From the NCBI GenBank assembly GCA_937896235.1, contig CALBMX010000107.1:6245-70244 (forward strand): a stretch of DNA of 64,000 nucleotides, written 5' to 3'. Numbering within the stretch: position 1 is the first letter of the stretch; the number at the start of each line of letters is the position of its first letter. The notes below the pieces were generated by a model, which saw only the letters and a list, made by a program, of their open reading frames with translations, had not been told where the DNA came from and did no database searches. The position numbers and the translations under genes are program-made. Source of the DNA: an uncultured bacterium (GTDB lineage: Bacteria; Planctomycetota; UBA1135; GCA-002686595). Of the stretch, positions 50,051 to 59,222 are shown one piece after another.

Positions 50051-51169
50051 GTGGATAAAAACCCCTACGAAGTCCCGAATCACAGCGTTTCCGGGACGGC
50101 CTCAAGCCAACGCAAACAGCTCGCCGCCGCCTTGCGTGTTGGGCGTGTCTTACTCGGACAAGTTGTCGAGGTTTTTGGGGACGGCTGTTTCCTGATCCAG
50201 GTGGGCCGCCATCGCTTTTCGCTGCAGTCAGATGTTCGGCTCCTCATGGGGCAGTCCTTCTATTTCCGAGTGGAAAAAGGTCGTAAATCTGACGAGCTGA
50301 ACTTGGTTGTCTTAAGCGAACCTGGACTTGCCGAATTTCGTCTGCACGACGCCCTTCGCATGGTCTTGTGCCAAGACATGCCACTAGGCGATTTAGTGAT
50401 CGACTTGGCGGCGAATCTAGTCTCCACGCTGGCGTTCAAAAAGGATACCGATGGGAAGTGCGAGATGCTGCTCTCGAGGCTTGAGGACCACCTTCTCCAG
50501 CCCGGGGCCGACGGCTTGGAGCTCGCCGACGTACTGAACCGGATCGGTTTGGGATACGAAGCGAACCTATTGCGGGCAGGTGCACTCTCCGATGACATTG
50601 CATGCTTATTGGAGATCGATCGCGACCTCAAAGGGGAGCTGCTTAGCACCCTTTCGAAAGATCCGAGTCCTGAACTGCGAGTTGAAGTCGAGCGCGCTCT
50701 GGCTGGACTAGAAGCTGAACAGGTCTTGCAAATTGCGAGACAGGTCGAAGGCGACCCCAACCACTGGACCTTCCCTGTGCGCGATGGAGATCGTTGGGTT
50801 TGCGCAAGCTTGTTTGTGCAGCATCGCGAGCTCGAGGATGGTGATCCAATGGGGACACCGATCTGGCGTGTGACGATCGGGGTTGCTTTCGAGAGCCTGG
50901 GCCCGGTCCGTGTGGATTTCACCTACGGTAGCGGGGGAGTCTCGATGCGCGTGCTTGTGAGCGATCAGGCCCTTGTTCCCGAACTGCAGGCGCGTGCCCG
51001 AGCTCTGCAAGACGATATTGCGGACACCATTGACCTCGATATCGGTAGAGACTCTCTACCCGCCCGAGTCTCTGTGTTTGCAGCCTCAGCGGAAGACATC
51101 GATGTCTCTAGAAGGCACCTCGACATCGGCTTCTTGCGGAAGCGCAAGGTGCTCGATCTCCGTGGCTAA
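50051..51169 (+). CDS. FliK-like (flagellar hook-length control C-terminal domain-like) protein
   Basis: The N-terminal LLGQVVEVFGDGCFLIQVGRHRFSLQSDVRLLMGQSFYFRV and the C-terminal IWRVTIGVAFESLGPVRVDFTYGSGGVSMRVLVSDQALVPELQARARALQDDI follow the Flg_hook pattern. GTG start. Confidence 0.5.
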   Translation: MDKNPYEVPNHSVSGTASSQRKQLAAALRVGRVLLGQVVEVFGDGCFLIQVGRHRFSLQSDVRLLMGQSFYFRVEKGRKSDELNLVVLSEPGLAEFRLHDALRMVLCQDMPLGDLVIDLAANLVSTLAFKKDTDGKCEMLLSRLEDHLLQPGADGLELADVLNRIGLGYEANLLRAGALSDDIACLLEIDRDLKGELLSTLSKDPSPELRVEVERALAGLEAEQVLQIARQVEGDPNHWTFPVRDGDRWVCASLFVQHRELEDGDPMGTPIWRVTIGVAFESLGPVRVDFTYGSGGVSMRVLVSDQALVPELQARARALQDDIADTIDLDIGRDSLPARVSVFAASAEDIDVSRRHLDIGFLRKRKVLDLRG

Positions 51170-51205
51170 TCTCCTGTCCCTCATCACTCTTACCAAAACG
51201 ATCCG

Positions 51206-51493
51206 ATGCACGACGTCACACCACTCAAACTCTATCTGCGCTATCCAGGCACCTCGAAAACCGGTCGCCGGATTATCGAAGGCCAGGGTGAGCTCGCCGA
51301 GCGCGTGGTTGCTTCGGCCAAGCGGCGCAAGGTCCCCGTTGGAGAAAATGCAGACCTACTCCAGCTGCTCGCTCGCGTGGATTTCGGGGAGAGCCCGAAC
51401 TTGGATGTTCTCGACGTGATTGCCAGTACTTTGAACTGGCTGCGAGCCGGCGGCTCCCCCGAGCTCGCGGCAGAGCAGCGCGACGAGGTCTAA
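51206..51493 (+). CDS. FlhB C-terminal-domain-like small protein (YlqH/FhlB-domain family)
   Basis: LRYPGTSKTGRRIIEGQGELAERVVASAKRRKVPVGENADLLQLLARVDFGESPNLDVLDVIASTLNWL parallels the YlqH / FlhB-CC pattern (A-x-G-x-G-x-x-A-x-x-I...vPi-x-ed-x-x-L). There is no NPTH autocleavage site. Confidence 0.6.
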   Translation: MHDVTPLKLYLRYPGTSKTGRRIIEGQGELAERVVASAKRRKVPVGENADLLQLLARVDFGESPNLDVLDVIASTLNWLRAGGSPELAAEQRDEV

Positions 51494-51565
51494 GCTTGTA
51501 ATAGACGCGGAATTGTAGAGGGGATGTGGGGAAAGGGGGCGCCACCTGCGTAGAATGCCGCGCCT

Positions 51566-52573
51566 ATGAGTACGCCCTTCGGAAGTAGGGGGAGCACTGC
51601 GATTCGCAGTCTTCCCAGAATCGCGCTGACCTTGGGTGATCCCGCGGGGATCGGCCCTGAAATCGTTCGCGCCGCCCTTGTGGATTCACGTGTGCAGGCT
51701 GCCGTTGAGCTTGTCGTCTTGGGCCCGAGGGAGCTGCGCATGGAGGGGTGCCAAGTTGTCGGAAGCGGTGAGGAGCTCGCTCTCGTTCCCAGCGACTCAT
51801 CACGCGCCCTTTGGATGGACTCCTCTGAGGGGAAGCTCGGTGCATTCGAACTTGGTTTTGCGCAAGAAACGTGCGGGCGGGCGGCTCTAGATGCGCTGCG
51901 ATTAGGAGCCGACCTCGGTCTCAGCGGCGCGGTCGACGCCCTTGTGACGGCGCCTGTTTGCAAAGAGGCCTTGCACCTCGCGGGCGAAAAAGTGGAAGGC
52001 CAAACCCAGCTCCTAAGTCGGTGGGCGGGAGCCGAGAGTTGTCAGATGATGGCACTTGCGGGTGATATGCGAGTGCTGATCGCAACGCGGCATATGCCGT
52101 TGAAGGCCGCCCTCGAGAGCCTGACTCCCGAGCTTGTTTTGGAGCGCCTCTTACTTCTAAACGAATCGCTGCAAGCGTTTGGTTTTCCCGCGCCTCGGCT
52201 GGCCCTTGCGGGGATCAATCCCCACGCGGGAGAGGGGGGCTTGTTTGGCGATGAGGAGACGCTCATCTTAGAGCCTGCTCTCGTGCGCGCTCGCGCAATG
52301 GGGTTGGATGTGACTGGGCCCGAGCCGCCCGACACCGTTTTTGTTCGTGCGCAATCTGGTGTGTTCGATGCTGTCCTCGCCCTCTACCATGACCAGGGAT
52401 TTATTCCCGTCAAACTCGCTGCGCCAACTACGGGGCTGACCGTTCTACTTGGCATGCCCTATCTCCGCGTAAGCCCTGCGCACGGGACCGCATTCGATAT
52501 CGCCGGCCGCGGGACAGCCTCGCCTGAAAACTTAATCACTGCGCTCCTGCAAGCCGCGCAGTGGTGCCGCTAG
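51566..52573 (+). CDS. pdxA: 4-hydroxythreonine-4-phosphate dehydrogenase PdxA
   Basis: LTLGDPAGIGPEIV, VTAPVCKEAL, GINPHAGEGGLFG, YHDQGFIPVK and SPAHGTAFDIAG. Confidence 0.9.
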   Translation: MSTPFGSRGSTAIRSLPRIALTLGDPAGIGPEIVRAALVDSRVQAAVELVVLGPRELRMEGCQVVGSGEELALVPSDSSRALWMDSSEGKLGAFELGFAQETCGRAALDALRLGADLGLSGAVDALVTAPVCKEALHLAGEKVEGQTQLLSRWAGAESCQMMALAGDMRVLIATRHMPLKAALESLTPELVLERLLLLNESLQAFGFPAPRLALAGINPHAGEGGLFGDEETLILEPALVRARAMGLDVTGPEPPDTVFVRAQSGVFDAVLALYHDQGFIPVKLAAPTTGLTVLLGMPYLRVSPAHGTAFDIAGRGTASPENLITALLQAAQWCR

Positions 52574-53385
52574 AGAGCCTCCCGAGGGGGGACCGGTAGC
52601 AGTCGCTCGGCAAGAAGTGCGCAGAGGATTCCAAAGGGTATCCCGGCAGCGGTGTCGATACCCCAATGGATCGCTAGCACAAGCACGGACAGAGTCACGC
52701 CGAGGGTCAATGGCCAGCCGACGAGGGCCAGTCTGCGGTTGCCATACCGAACCGCAAACCAAAGCGCTGTGACGGCAATCGAGACGTGTAGGCTGGGAAG
52801 GCAGTTGTCGAGTGCACTTTCTGCGCGGAGGGGTTCGGTGATCCCAGGCCAGTGCTCTTCGAGCAGCTGACGAGTGTTCGTTAGCCCGCTCCAAGAGACC
52901 TCTCGAACCGGAGCGAACAGGTAAAACGGCAAGGCGAGCGCGTAGTTGAGCGCAAAAGCAGCCACGTACGTACCGGCGGCTTGAACTCGGCCCAATCCGA
53001 AGAGTGCGAAGACGGGCAACACGAGCCAGGCGATGTACCCAGCGGTATAGACGAGGGCGAGAATGCCGACGAGAAAGTCAGCCCCAGGCAGCGCGAGGAA
53101 GCCGTCTTGGATAGCCTGAACGAAGTTACCTTCCAAGGCGAAAACAGTCGGAGTCAGGTCGTAGCCTAGCGCTTGGGTGAGAGCGTCGTCGAAGTGCCCC
53201 TCAATCAAGCTCACACTAAGGACACCCCCATAGGCTCCGGCTACTAAGCGGCCTCCGCGTGTCGTGCGGAGCGCTTGAAGAGCTTCGGCGAAGATGGCAA
53301 AGGGCGTCTTCGCAGGAACAGTGAAGGCGAGTAAGGCCCAAAGCAAGAGAGGTGCGAAGACGAAGTAGTGGAGGGGGAATGCCAA
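52570..53385 (-). CDS. PAP2-superfamily membrane protein (PAP2_3/IPC-synthase-like)
   Basis: It has six or more TM helices and a CLPSLHVSIAV motif. Its 4-nt stop region overlaps the pdxA stop in convergent orientation. Confidence 0.6.
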   Translation of the reverse strand: MAFPLHYFVFAPLLLWALLAFTVPAKTPFAIFAEALQALRTTRGGRLVAGAYGGVLSVSLIEGHFDDALTQALGYDLTPTVFALEGNFVQAIQDGFLALPGADFLVGILALVYTAGYIAWLVLPVFALFGLGRVQAAGTYVAAFALNYALALPFYLFAPVREVSWSGLTNTRQLLEEHWPGITEPLRAESALDNCLPSLHVSIAVTALWFAVRYGNRRLALVGWPLTLGVTLSVLVLAIHWGIDTAAGIPFGILCALLAERLLPVPPREAL

Positions 53386-53456
53386 GTGGGAATCGGGATG
53401 GAGGGGGGACTTGCGAACTCAGGTGGGGAGGGGTGAGGAGGCGAGCGTTCCTATTC

Positions 53457-54797
53457 ATGCACGAGCGGAGTAGAATGCCCCTAACTATGAGTGGATTATT
53501 ACAAGAGATTGTTGGAGCGCCCGATAGGCAAGACTTACCCGGTGAGATCGGCGTAATTTCGTGGGACTCCGAGGATGATCCCCAGTTCTTGTCGGAAGTT
53601 GCGGAGCGCGAGCGGGATCGCGTCGAGCTCACTCGGCGTGGTATCTCCCATGGTTCTTGGGCGGAGATCTCGACTGCGGGACTCTGTGATGTCGAGGCCG
53701 CTGACATCCACGTATGGCGCCAACGGTGGGCCGACGCGCGGCCGATTTTATTGCGCGGTTTGCTGGACTCTACCTTGCCGGGGTTTGCGCCCTTGATTGC
53801 CGAGCGCTCAAAGTTGCACGAAGCGATAAGGACCGATGGCGCTTTGGATGCGTTTCTCGAGGCAAGCCTGGGGCGACTCGACCCGAGGTTTACCGTTCGG
53901 GGAGCGGAGGAGTCGGACGCCTTGGGTGAAGCAGCCGACGCGGAGAATCTGCGTGACATCGAGCGCCGTTTTCTGGGCTTTGATGGTGGGGAGGCGGACC
54001 GGAAAACTCCTAACTTTTGGGTCAAAACCCAGCGACTGTCAGATCACGAAGAGGACATGTCTGCACGTGTTCGAATCTCTTTTGGCGTCGAGGTCGACGA
54101 CGATGCGAGTCACGATGAAGTCAGCCATCGAGTCGTCGAGAAGCTGGGTCGTGAACTCCTGCCTGAGACAGCGCTAATTCGCGAAAACAAGGAGCTCGAG
54201 AAACTTCTTGTTGAACTCGATCTGATCGAAGAAGTCGAGGAAAGTGATGATGGGCCCCAACCTCCCCAGGGTGCGCACTACTTCACCCAAGACATCGCCT
54301 ATTGGAATGCTCCGAACGGGGGTGTACTCATGCACCACGACGCATTTGACGAGGACTACAATCACCGGCAGCGGGGGGTGGTCTACGCGCAACTCTCGGG
54401 CGTAACGGCGTGGATCGCACTCTCCACACAGGAGCTAGCCGCTCGCGTGACGGAGTTCGTGGAGTTCATCTCGGAAGGCGAGATGCCTTGGCTAAAGTCG
54501 GCGCTCTTTCGCGGTCATCAAGGAGCGACGTTGATGCGGAAAATCCTCAAGGGTGGTCGCTTTGTCTATGAAGAGCTGGATAAGCCCGGTTGCGGACAGC
54601 TGGCGCGACTCGTAAACCGCGGACCCGAGTTTACGAACCTTCTTGCTGACGCCGGTCACGCATTTATGGTGCGTCCAGGCGACGTGCTTGTGATGCCTAA
54701 TCACGGGCTTGGGCACACACTTCTGCACTCCGTCTTTTGTGCATCTGCGGAGCCGGGCTACTCTCTCTCTTTGGCCCTGCGCCGGGCGTCGAAATGA
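53457..54797 (+). CDS. Hypothetical protein, possibly JmjC/cupin-like Fe(II) oxygenase fold
   Basis: GGVLMHHDAFDED (HxD-like) and a distal NHGLGHTLLHSVF, with the beta-rich segment VYAQLSGVTAWIALS. The start is chosen downstream of the divergent PAP2 gene. The assignment is inference only. Confidence 0.5.
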   Translation: MHERSRMPLTMSGLLQEIVGAPDRQDLPGEIGVISWDSEDDPQFLSEVAERERDRVELTRRGISHGSWAEISTAGLCDVEAADIHVWRQRWADARPILLRGLLDSTLPGFAPLIAERSKLHEAIRTDGALDAFLEASLGRLDPRFTVRGAEESDALGEAADAENLRDIERRFLGFDGGEADRKTPNFWVKTQRLSDHEEDMSARVRISFGVEVDDDASHDEVSHRVVEKLGRELLPETALIRENKELEKLLVELDLIEEVEESDDGPQPPQGAHYFTQDIAYWNAPNGGVLMHHDAFDEDYNHRQRGVVYAQLSGVTAWIALSTQELAARVTEFVEFISEGEMPWLKSALFRGHQGATLMRKILKGGRFVYEELDKPGCGQLARLVNRGPEFTNLLADAGHAFMVRPGDVLVMPNHGLGHTLLHSVFCASAEPGYSLSLALRRASK

Positions 54798-55408
54798 CAA
54801 ATCCAAATCTCGAACCCTGCTTCAATTGGCGTGGGCGTTATGAAGAAGACCACACGCCCTGGGACCTTGGTGGCGCTCATCCCGGGCTTGTCGATTGGAT
54901 GCGAGAGAATCCAGCGAATGGACGGGCGGCGTTGGTCCCAGGTTGTGGCCGCGGGCATGATGCGCTCGCTCTCTCCCAGGCTGGCTGGCGGGTGGATGCG
55001 CTCGATATTGTCGACCTCGCCGGAGAGACCTTGGGGGACTCGTACACTCAGATTGGCAGCCGCTTTCTGGTGACGAACGCGCTCGATTTCGATCCGGAGG
55101 GGAGCCTTGGTCAAGGTGCTTACGATCTTGTGTATGAGCACACGATTTTTTGCGCGATCAGCCATGAGCAGCGCGAGATTTTTGGTGCGAATCTCGCACG
55201 CTGCGTCAAGCCCGGTGGGCTGCTCTTGTCTCTGCTATTCCCTACGAACAAGCCATCGGATGAGGGTGGCCCTCCGTTTCGCGCAACTCCTGACGAGCTC
55301 GCCACAGCGCTGGGTGAGTCCTTCGAGTTGCTCGAAGACGAAGCGTGGGTCCCGACCTCGGGCGGGCGTCGCTGGGCCGAGCGCAGACTGGTTTTCCTCC
55401 GCAGGTAG
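54794..55408 (+). CDS. TPMT-like (thiopurine/thiol S-methyltransferase family) methyltransferase
   Basis: WRGRYEEDHTPWDLGGAHPGLVDWM, ALVPGCGRGHDA and YDLVYEHTIFCAI. ATGA overlap with the upstream gene. Confidence 0.75.
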   Translation: MTNPNLEPCFNWRGRYEEDHTPWDLGGAHPGLVDWMRENPANGRAALVPGCGRGHDALALSQAGWRVDALDIVDLAGETLGDSYTQIGSRFLVTNALDFDPEGSLGQGAYDLVYEHTIFCAISHEQREIFGANLARCVKPGGLLLSLLFPTNKPSDEGGPPFRATPDELATALGESFELLEDEAWVPTSGGRRWAERRLVFLRR

Positions 55409-55435
55409 AGAGGGGCCTCATGCCGTGAACGGGCC

Positions 55436-56974
55436 TCACTTGGCAGCGATTTTCTCGAAGCGGTAGAAGCGGAAGCGGCCGCGCTTAGCTTGCATTCCGG
55501 GGAGCTTGTCCACGAGGGCGAGTCCGCGCCCAACAAAGCGTGCGATGCTGCGGGTTCGAGAGGAGAAATTCCGGGTGCGGAACTCGATCTCCTCGGGCTG
55601 GGGAACGGCCTGTAACCCAAGGCTTTCCGCTAGGATGAGCCCTTGCTCTAGGAAGAGCTGCTTGACGTCTTCGCAGTCGACGGCCGCAAACGGACCGATG
55701 TTTGGATCCGGCGAGAGTACGTATTCGACGCCGCGCGGGCCGCCGCGGCGGGCGCGTAGGCGCTCAGTCCAATCGTGGAAGGAGTGCCTGTTCACCACAC
55801 CAAGAATTAGGCTACCTCCGGGAGCTAGCCAGCTCGCCATTTCACGGGCGAGGTCGGCGCGGTCGCACGGCGCCACTCCCTCGAACCGGAAGATGCACGA
55901 GACGATGTCATAGGTCCCCGCGGTGGGCGCTTGAAGTTGCGGGCCTTGGGATTCGGCGTCGATGTGGACGACCGCGCCCTGCACGGAGCGGAGGCTCGCC
56001 TGCTCTGGAAGGGACCGCGCGTCTGGCCAGCAGAGTAGCCCCGCCTTTGGTCGTGTGCGCCCGCCCGCAAACTCGGCCACGCCGCGGCTACGCTCGACAA
56101 CATCGAAGTGGTATCCACGGGCGCGCTTGGACAGGCGCTCAGTGACGATACCTGTGCACGGGAGAACGTCGAGCCAGCGCGGAGCCGGCGTGGCCGTGTT
56201 GTCGGCGGGGGGAACAAAATGCTCGATCACCTCATCAATAGCACGCACTTCCCATGGACGAGGCTTGTTGTGCCGCAGGCCGTTCAAAACACGGGCGCGC
56301 TGATAGATCGCCAGTAGGTCCGGTGCCCACTTGTCGGGCTGCGCGGTGGAGGGGATGGGGCGGCCGCCGTAGTGATTCCAGTGTCTAATATCGGTCAGAG
56401 GTCGCCGCTTGGGCGCGCGTTGTTCGGCCTTTTCCGGATAGCCAACGGCGAGCACAGCTACGACAAAACGATCGATGGGGAGCCCCACCAGTTCGCGCAC
56501 TTTTTCTGCGCCACCCATCTGCGTGATCCAAAAGCTGCCAAGGCCAAGAGCGCTCGCTGCGAGGCTCATGTTTTGGATCAAGGCGCTAGCGGATTGGATG
56601 TTCGCATATCCCTCCTCTGAAAACGCGCGCCCGTAAGAGACGACAATGTTGAGGGGGGCGTTGCCCATTTGAGTCGAGAGCTTGGCGAGGGTTCGATTGA
56701 CCTCGGGGTCGTCGACGGCGATGAGATCCCACATCTGATAGTTGCACGATGAGGGTGCCCAAGTCCCCGCATGCATGATGCGGTCGGCGACGTCTCTAGG
56801 GACCGGTTCACCGCGAAATTTGCGAACGGAGCGCCGGCTGTAGACCTCTTTCCAGAAGCCGGCACTCTCGGTGCCCAAAAGGACATCCAAGCCGAGGAGA
56901 TCGTCGGCTTGAGGTGGGCAAATCGACTTGTTCGTTTCCCTATTCGAGCCCTCAGGAAGTGCGTCAGGCGTCAT
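55436..56974 (-). CDS. Nitroreductase-family domain fused to a class I methyltransferase-like domain
   Basis: The N-terminal half has RRSVRKFRGEPVPRDVADRIMHAGTWAPSSCNYQMWDLIAV and LGLGSFWIT. The C-terminal half has WLDVLPCTGIVTERL, YDIVSCIFRFEG and LAPGGSLILGVVNRHSFHDW. Confidence 0.7.
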   Translation of the reverse strand: MTPDALPEGSNRETNKSICPPQADDLLGLDVLLGTESAGFWKEVYSRRSVRKFRGEPVPRDVADRIMHAGTWAPSSCNYQMWDLIAVDDPEVNRTLAKLSTQMGNAPLNIVVSYGRAFSEEGYANIQSASALIQNMSLAASALGLGSFWITQMGGAEKVRELVGLPIDRFVVAVLAVGYPEKAEQRAPKRRPLTDIRHWNHYGGRPIPSTAQPDKWAPDLLAIYQRARVLNGLRHNKPRPWEVRAIDEVIEHFVPPADNTATPAPRWLDVLPCTGIVTERLSKRARGYHFDVVERSRGVAEFAGGRTRPKAGLLCWPDARSLPEQASLRSVQGAVVHIDAESQGPQLQAPTAGTYDIVSCIFRFEGVAPCDRADLAREMASWLAPGGSLILGVVNRHSFHDWTERLRARRGGPRGVEYVLSPDPNIGPFAAVDCEDVKQLFLEQGLILAESLGLQAVPQPEEIEFRTRNFSSRTRSIARFVGRGLALVDKLPGMQAKRGRFRFYRFEKIAAK

Positions 56975-56975
56975 G

Positions 56976-57425
56976 CTAATAGGGTGTGCGATTCTCTTGA
57001 GCACGCCAATCGTCAAATGCGGAAAGCGCGAGAGTGCGCTCCATTTGGGCGATGGGGAGGGTTCGCTCGTCTAGGGCGAGAGAGAGCTCGAGGTACAGGG
57101 CGTCGTCATCGAATCCAGCCTCGGCCGCATCTTTGCGCGAGGCGCCAAAGTAGATGCGGTCCACACGCGACCAGAAGAGGGCGCCTAGGCACATCGGACA
57201 GGGCTCACAGCTCGAATACACCTCGCAACCCTCGAGTACATGGTTTCCGAGGGCGCTCGCGGCCGCCCGGATTGCACAAACCTCTGCATGGGCGGTTGGA
57301 TCAGAATCCAGAACGACCCGGTTGGATGCTTCGGCAATGATTTTACCGCCTCTGACGACGACGGCACCAAAGGGGCCGCCTCCCGCGGAGACGGATTCGC
57401 GTGCCAGCTGGACGGCGCGTGCCAT
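56976..57425 (-). CDS. guaD: Guanine deaminase-like CDA-fold nucleoside/base deaminase
   Basis: GGPFGAVVV, DPTAHAEVCAIR, SSCEPCPMCLGALFW, DAAEAGFDD and a terminal Tyr closely track my recollection of B. subtilis GuaD. It could alternatively be TadA-like. Confidence 0.8.
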   Translation of the reverse strand: MARAVQLARESVSAGGGPFGAVVVRGGKIIAEASNRVVLDSDPTAHAEVCAIRAAASALGNHVLEGCEVYSSCEPCPMCLGALFWSRVDRIYFGASRKDAAEAGFDDDALYLELSLALDERTLPIAQMERTLALSAFDDWRAQENRTPY

Positions 57426-57878
57426 GAAGGGATTAGAGGTAGGGGCGATAGCTGGATCGGGTGAGGGGCGTTTTGGGGAGGAGTATACTGGGGATTCTAA
57501 TCGGCACTTCTGCCGCCGCTCTCAAGGGCAAGCGGGGCCTACCTCCGACGGGTTTTGCATTGTCCCATCGGCCAGGGGCGATGCGAGGGGAGACTTCTCG
57601 ATTTTTGGGGTAGATTCTCGGCCTGGAAGAGCTCGTGAACGCTCTCGACTTGGCGAGGTGGCGGTGGGAAAACGGAGATTCGGCAAAAGGGGCCTTCATC
57701 GGGTTCTGGCAAGGCCGAGGTAAGTTCGACTCGCTGTCTTTTAGCTGGTTGAAATGGCCGTTTCTCTCCGTTGCTAGGTAGAATCCGTACAGCGGGTCGC
57801 GTTACTCTCAATAGGGTGTGCTCTAGCTCCGGAGCCCACTTGCCACGGGGATTCTTCGTGGTTGGGAGGTCCGCATTC

Positions 57879-57911
57879 GGCGTATCTAGGCGGGATGCGC
57901 CTAGATACGCC
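57879..57911. repeat. Perfect 14-bp inverted repeat (GGCGTATCTAGGCG-ggatg-CGCCTAGATACGCC)
   Basis: Read directly from the sequence. It lies in the ~500-nt non-coding stretch upstream of the porin ORF. There is no flanking T or A tract. Confidence 0.9.
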
Positions 57912-57952
57912 GTTGGGAGCGCGCTGGGTTCTCAAAAGTTCTCACAAGAATT

Positions 57953-59140
57953 TTGTCCGATCCCCTAAAGGTCCCGGCGATGAGCATATGTCGGACCCTT
58001 TGGGGTGCTATCGCAGTCGCGGTAGTTGGCGCTCACCTCAAATGGTTGAGGGTTACCGCCCTGACCAGCATTCCTATTGCTGCTTCACTTCATCCTGTAC
58101 CTCACCCCCAAATACAAAAGAAACTCATTGGCCTCGTGGCCTTCTCTTTCCTCGCCCCGCTTGCCGGTGCTAATGAAGCCTCGTGGCTTGAGCTCGACCA
58201 GGACATCGCGTCCCTCTCACCTATGGCAGCAGTCGCGGGTGAAGGTCTAGCGGTCAGTGGTTACATCAAGAACTACTACATGAGCGACTCCGATGCCAAT
58301 ACTGGTGGATGGGGTTTCAATGCAGTTCGTGTCAACATCGTAGGCAGCGTCGAAGACGTCGCCGTCAAGGTGTCCTGGGACATGAAGAGTGGCTCCCTAG
58401 TGCTCAAGGACGCCTATGCGCGCTGGGACGCAATGGACAACATGGCTGTCACTTGGGGTCAATTCAAACGCCCGTTTTTGCACAGCTTTACAACTTCGAG
58501 CAACAAGCTGCTCTTCATCTCTACGACAGCCAACGCAGCCAACGAGGCGCGCGATAACGGCGTGATGCTTAACGGCAATATCGCCGAAATGGGCACGTGG
58601 CAAGTCGCCGCAACGAACGGCGCTGACCTCGCCACGGACGAGAACTACTACACAGCGCGCGCCGCATTCACGGTGATGGGCGCTGGCGGGTTTAACTCTC
58701 TCGAAGGCGGTCGTGGTTCTAGCGATGGTACCAACGCTTCCATCGGCATCTCCTACGCTGAAGAGAACGGCGCGACTTTCGAAGGCGACAAGCTTGGAAT
58801 CGAGCTTGCCGGCAACCTCGATGCCATCTTCTTTCACTTGGACATGGTTCAGTACGACGACACTTTTGCTGGTCTCGACACGAACCTTGGAACCGCTCTC
58901 GCCGACACGAGCCCCATGGGCATCACGTTGAGCTACATGCTTGACGACAACATGGAAGTCGCTGCGCGTCACGAGGACTTCGACGATGTCGACAGTAGCA
59001 CTCGACTTAGTCTTGCTTTCAACTACTACAGCGTTCTCCCGAACAAAATGATGTGGCAGATCAACTACAGCGACATCTCCAGTGATGACACGCTTTTGGA
59101 AGCGCAGCTGCTTCAGCTTGGCTTGACCCTGTCCTTCTAA
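57953..59140 (+). CDS. Outer-membrane porin-like beta-barrel protein
   Basis: C-terminal LQLGLTLSF with a terminal Phe and alternating amphipathic strands. There is an AXA-type signal (LIGLVAFSFLAPLAGANEA) about 60 aa into the ORF, so the true start is uncertain. Confidence 0.6.
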   Translation: MSDPLKVPAMSICRTLWGAIAVAVVGAHLKWLRVTALTSIPIAASLHPVPHPQIQKKLIGLVAFSFLAPLAGANEASWLELDQDIASLSPMAAVAGEGLAVSGYIKNYYMSDSDANTGGWGFNAVRVNIVGSVEDVAVKVSWDMKSGSLVLKDAYARWDAMDNMAVTWGQFKRPFLHSFTTSSNKLLFISTTANAANEARDNGVMLNGNIAEMGTWQVAATNGADLATDENYYTARAAFTVMGAGGFNSLEGGRGSSDGTNASIGISYAEENGATFEGDKLGIELAGNLDAIFFHLDMVQYDDTFAGLDTNLGTALADTSPMGITLSYMLDDNMEVAARHEDFDDVDSSTRLSLAFNYYSVLPNKMMWQINYSDISSDDTLLEAQLLQLGLTLSF

Positions 59141-59189
59141 GTAACGAGACATAAGCTCGACTGCGCGTCAGTCGGGCCCAAAGATTCAC

Positions 59190-59222
59190 GAGCCAGCCTT
59201 TGCCGCGTGCAGAGGCTGGCTC
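59190..59222 (+). terminator. Possible terminator hairpin after the porin gene
   Basis: GAGCCAGCCT-(13-nt loop)-AGGCTGGCTC followed by GAATCGTTTCC. It is preceded by a second small hairpin, CGACTG-cgcgt-CAGTCG. The U tract is weak. Confidence 0.4.

Noticed and set aside
51490-51963. A 157-aa minus ORF and other ORFs antisense to pdxA. Similar antisense ORFs lie over the acetyl-CoA synthetase, queG, sulfatase-like and EF-G genes.
   Set aside because: The sense genes have unambiguous family motifs, and the antisense translations are low-complexity.
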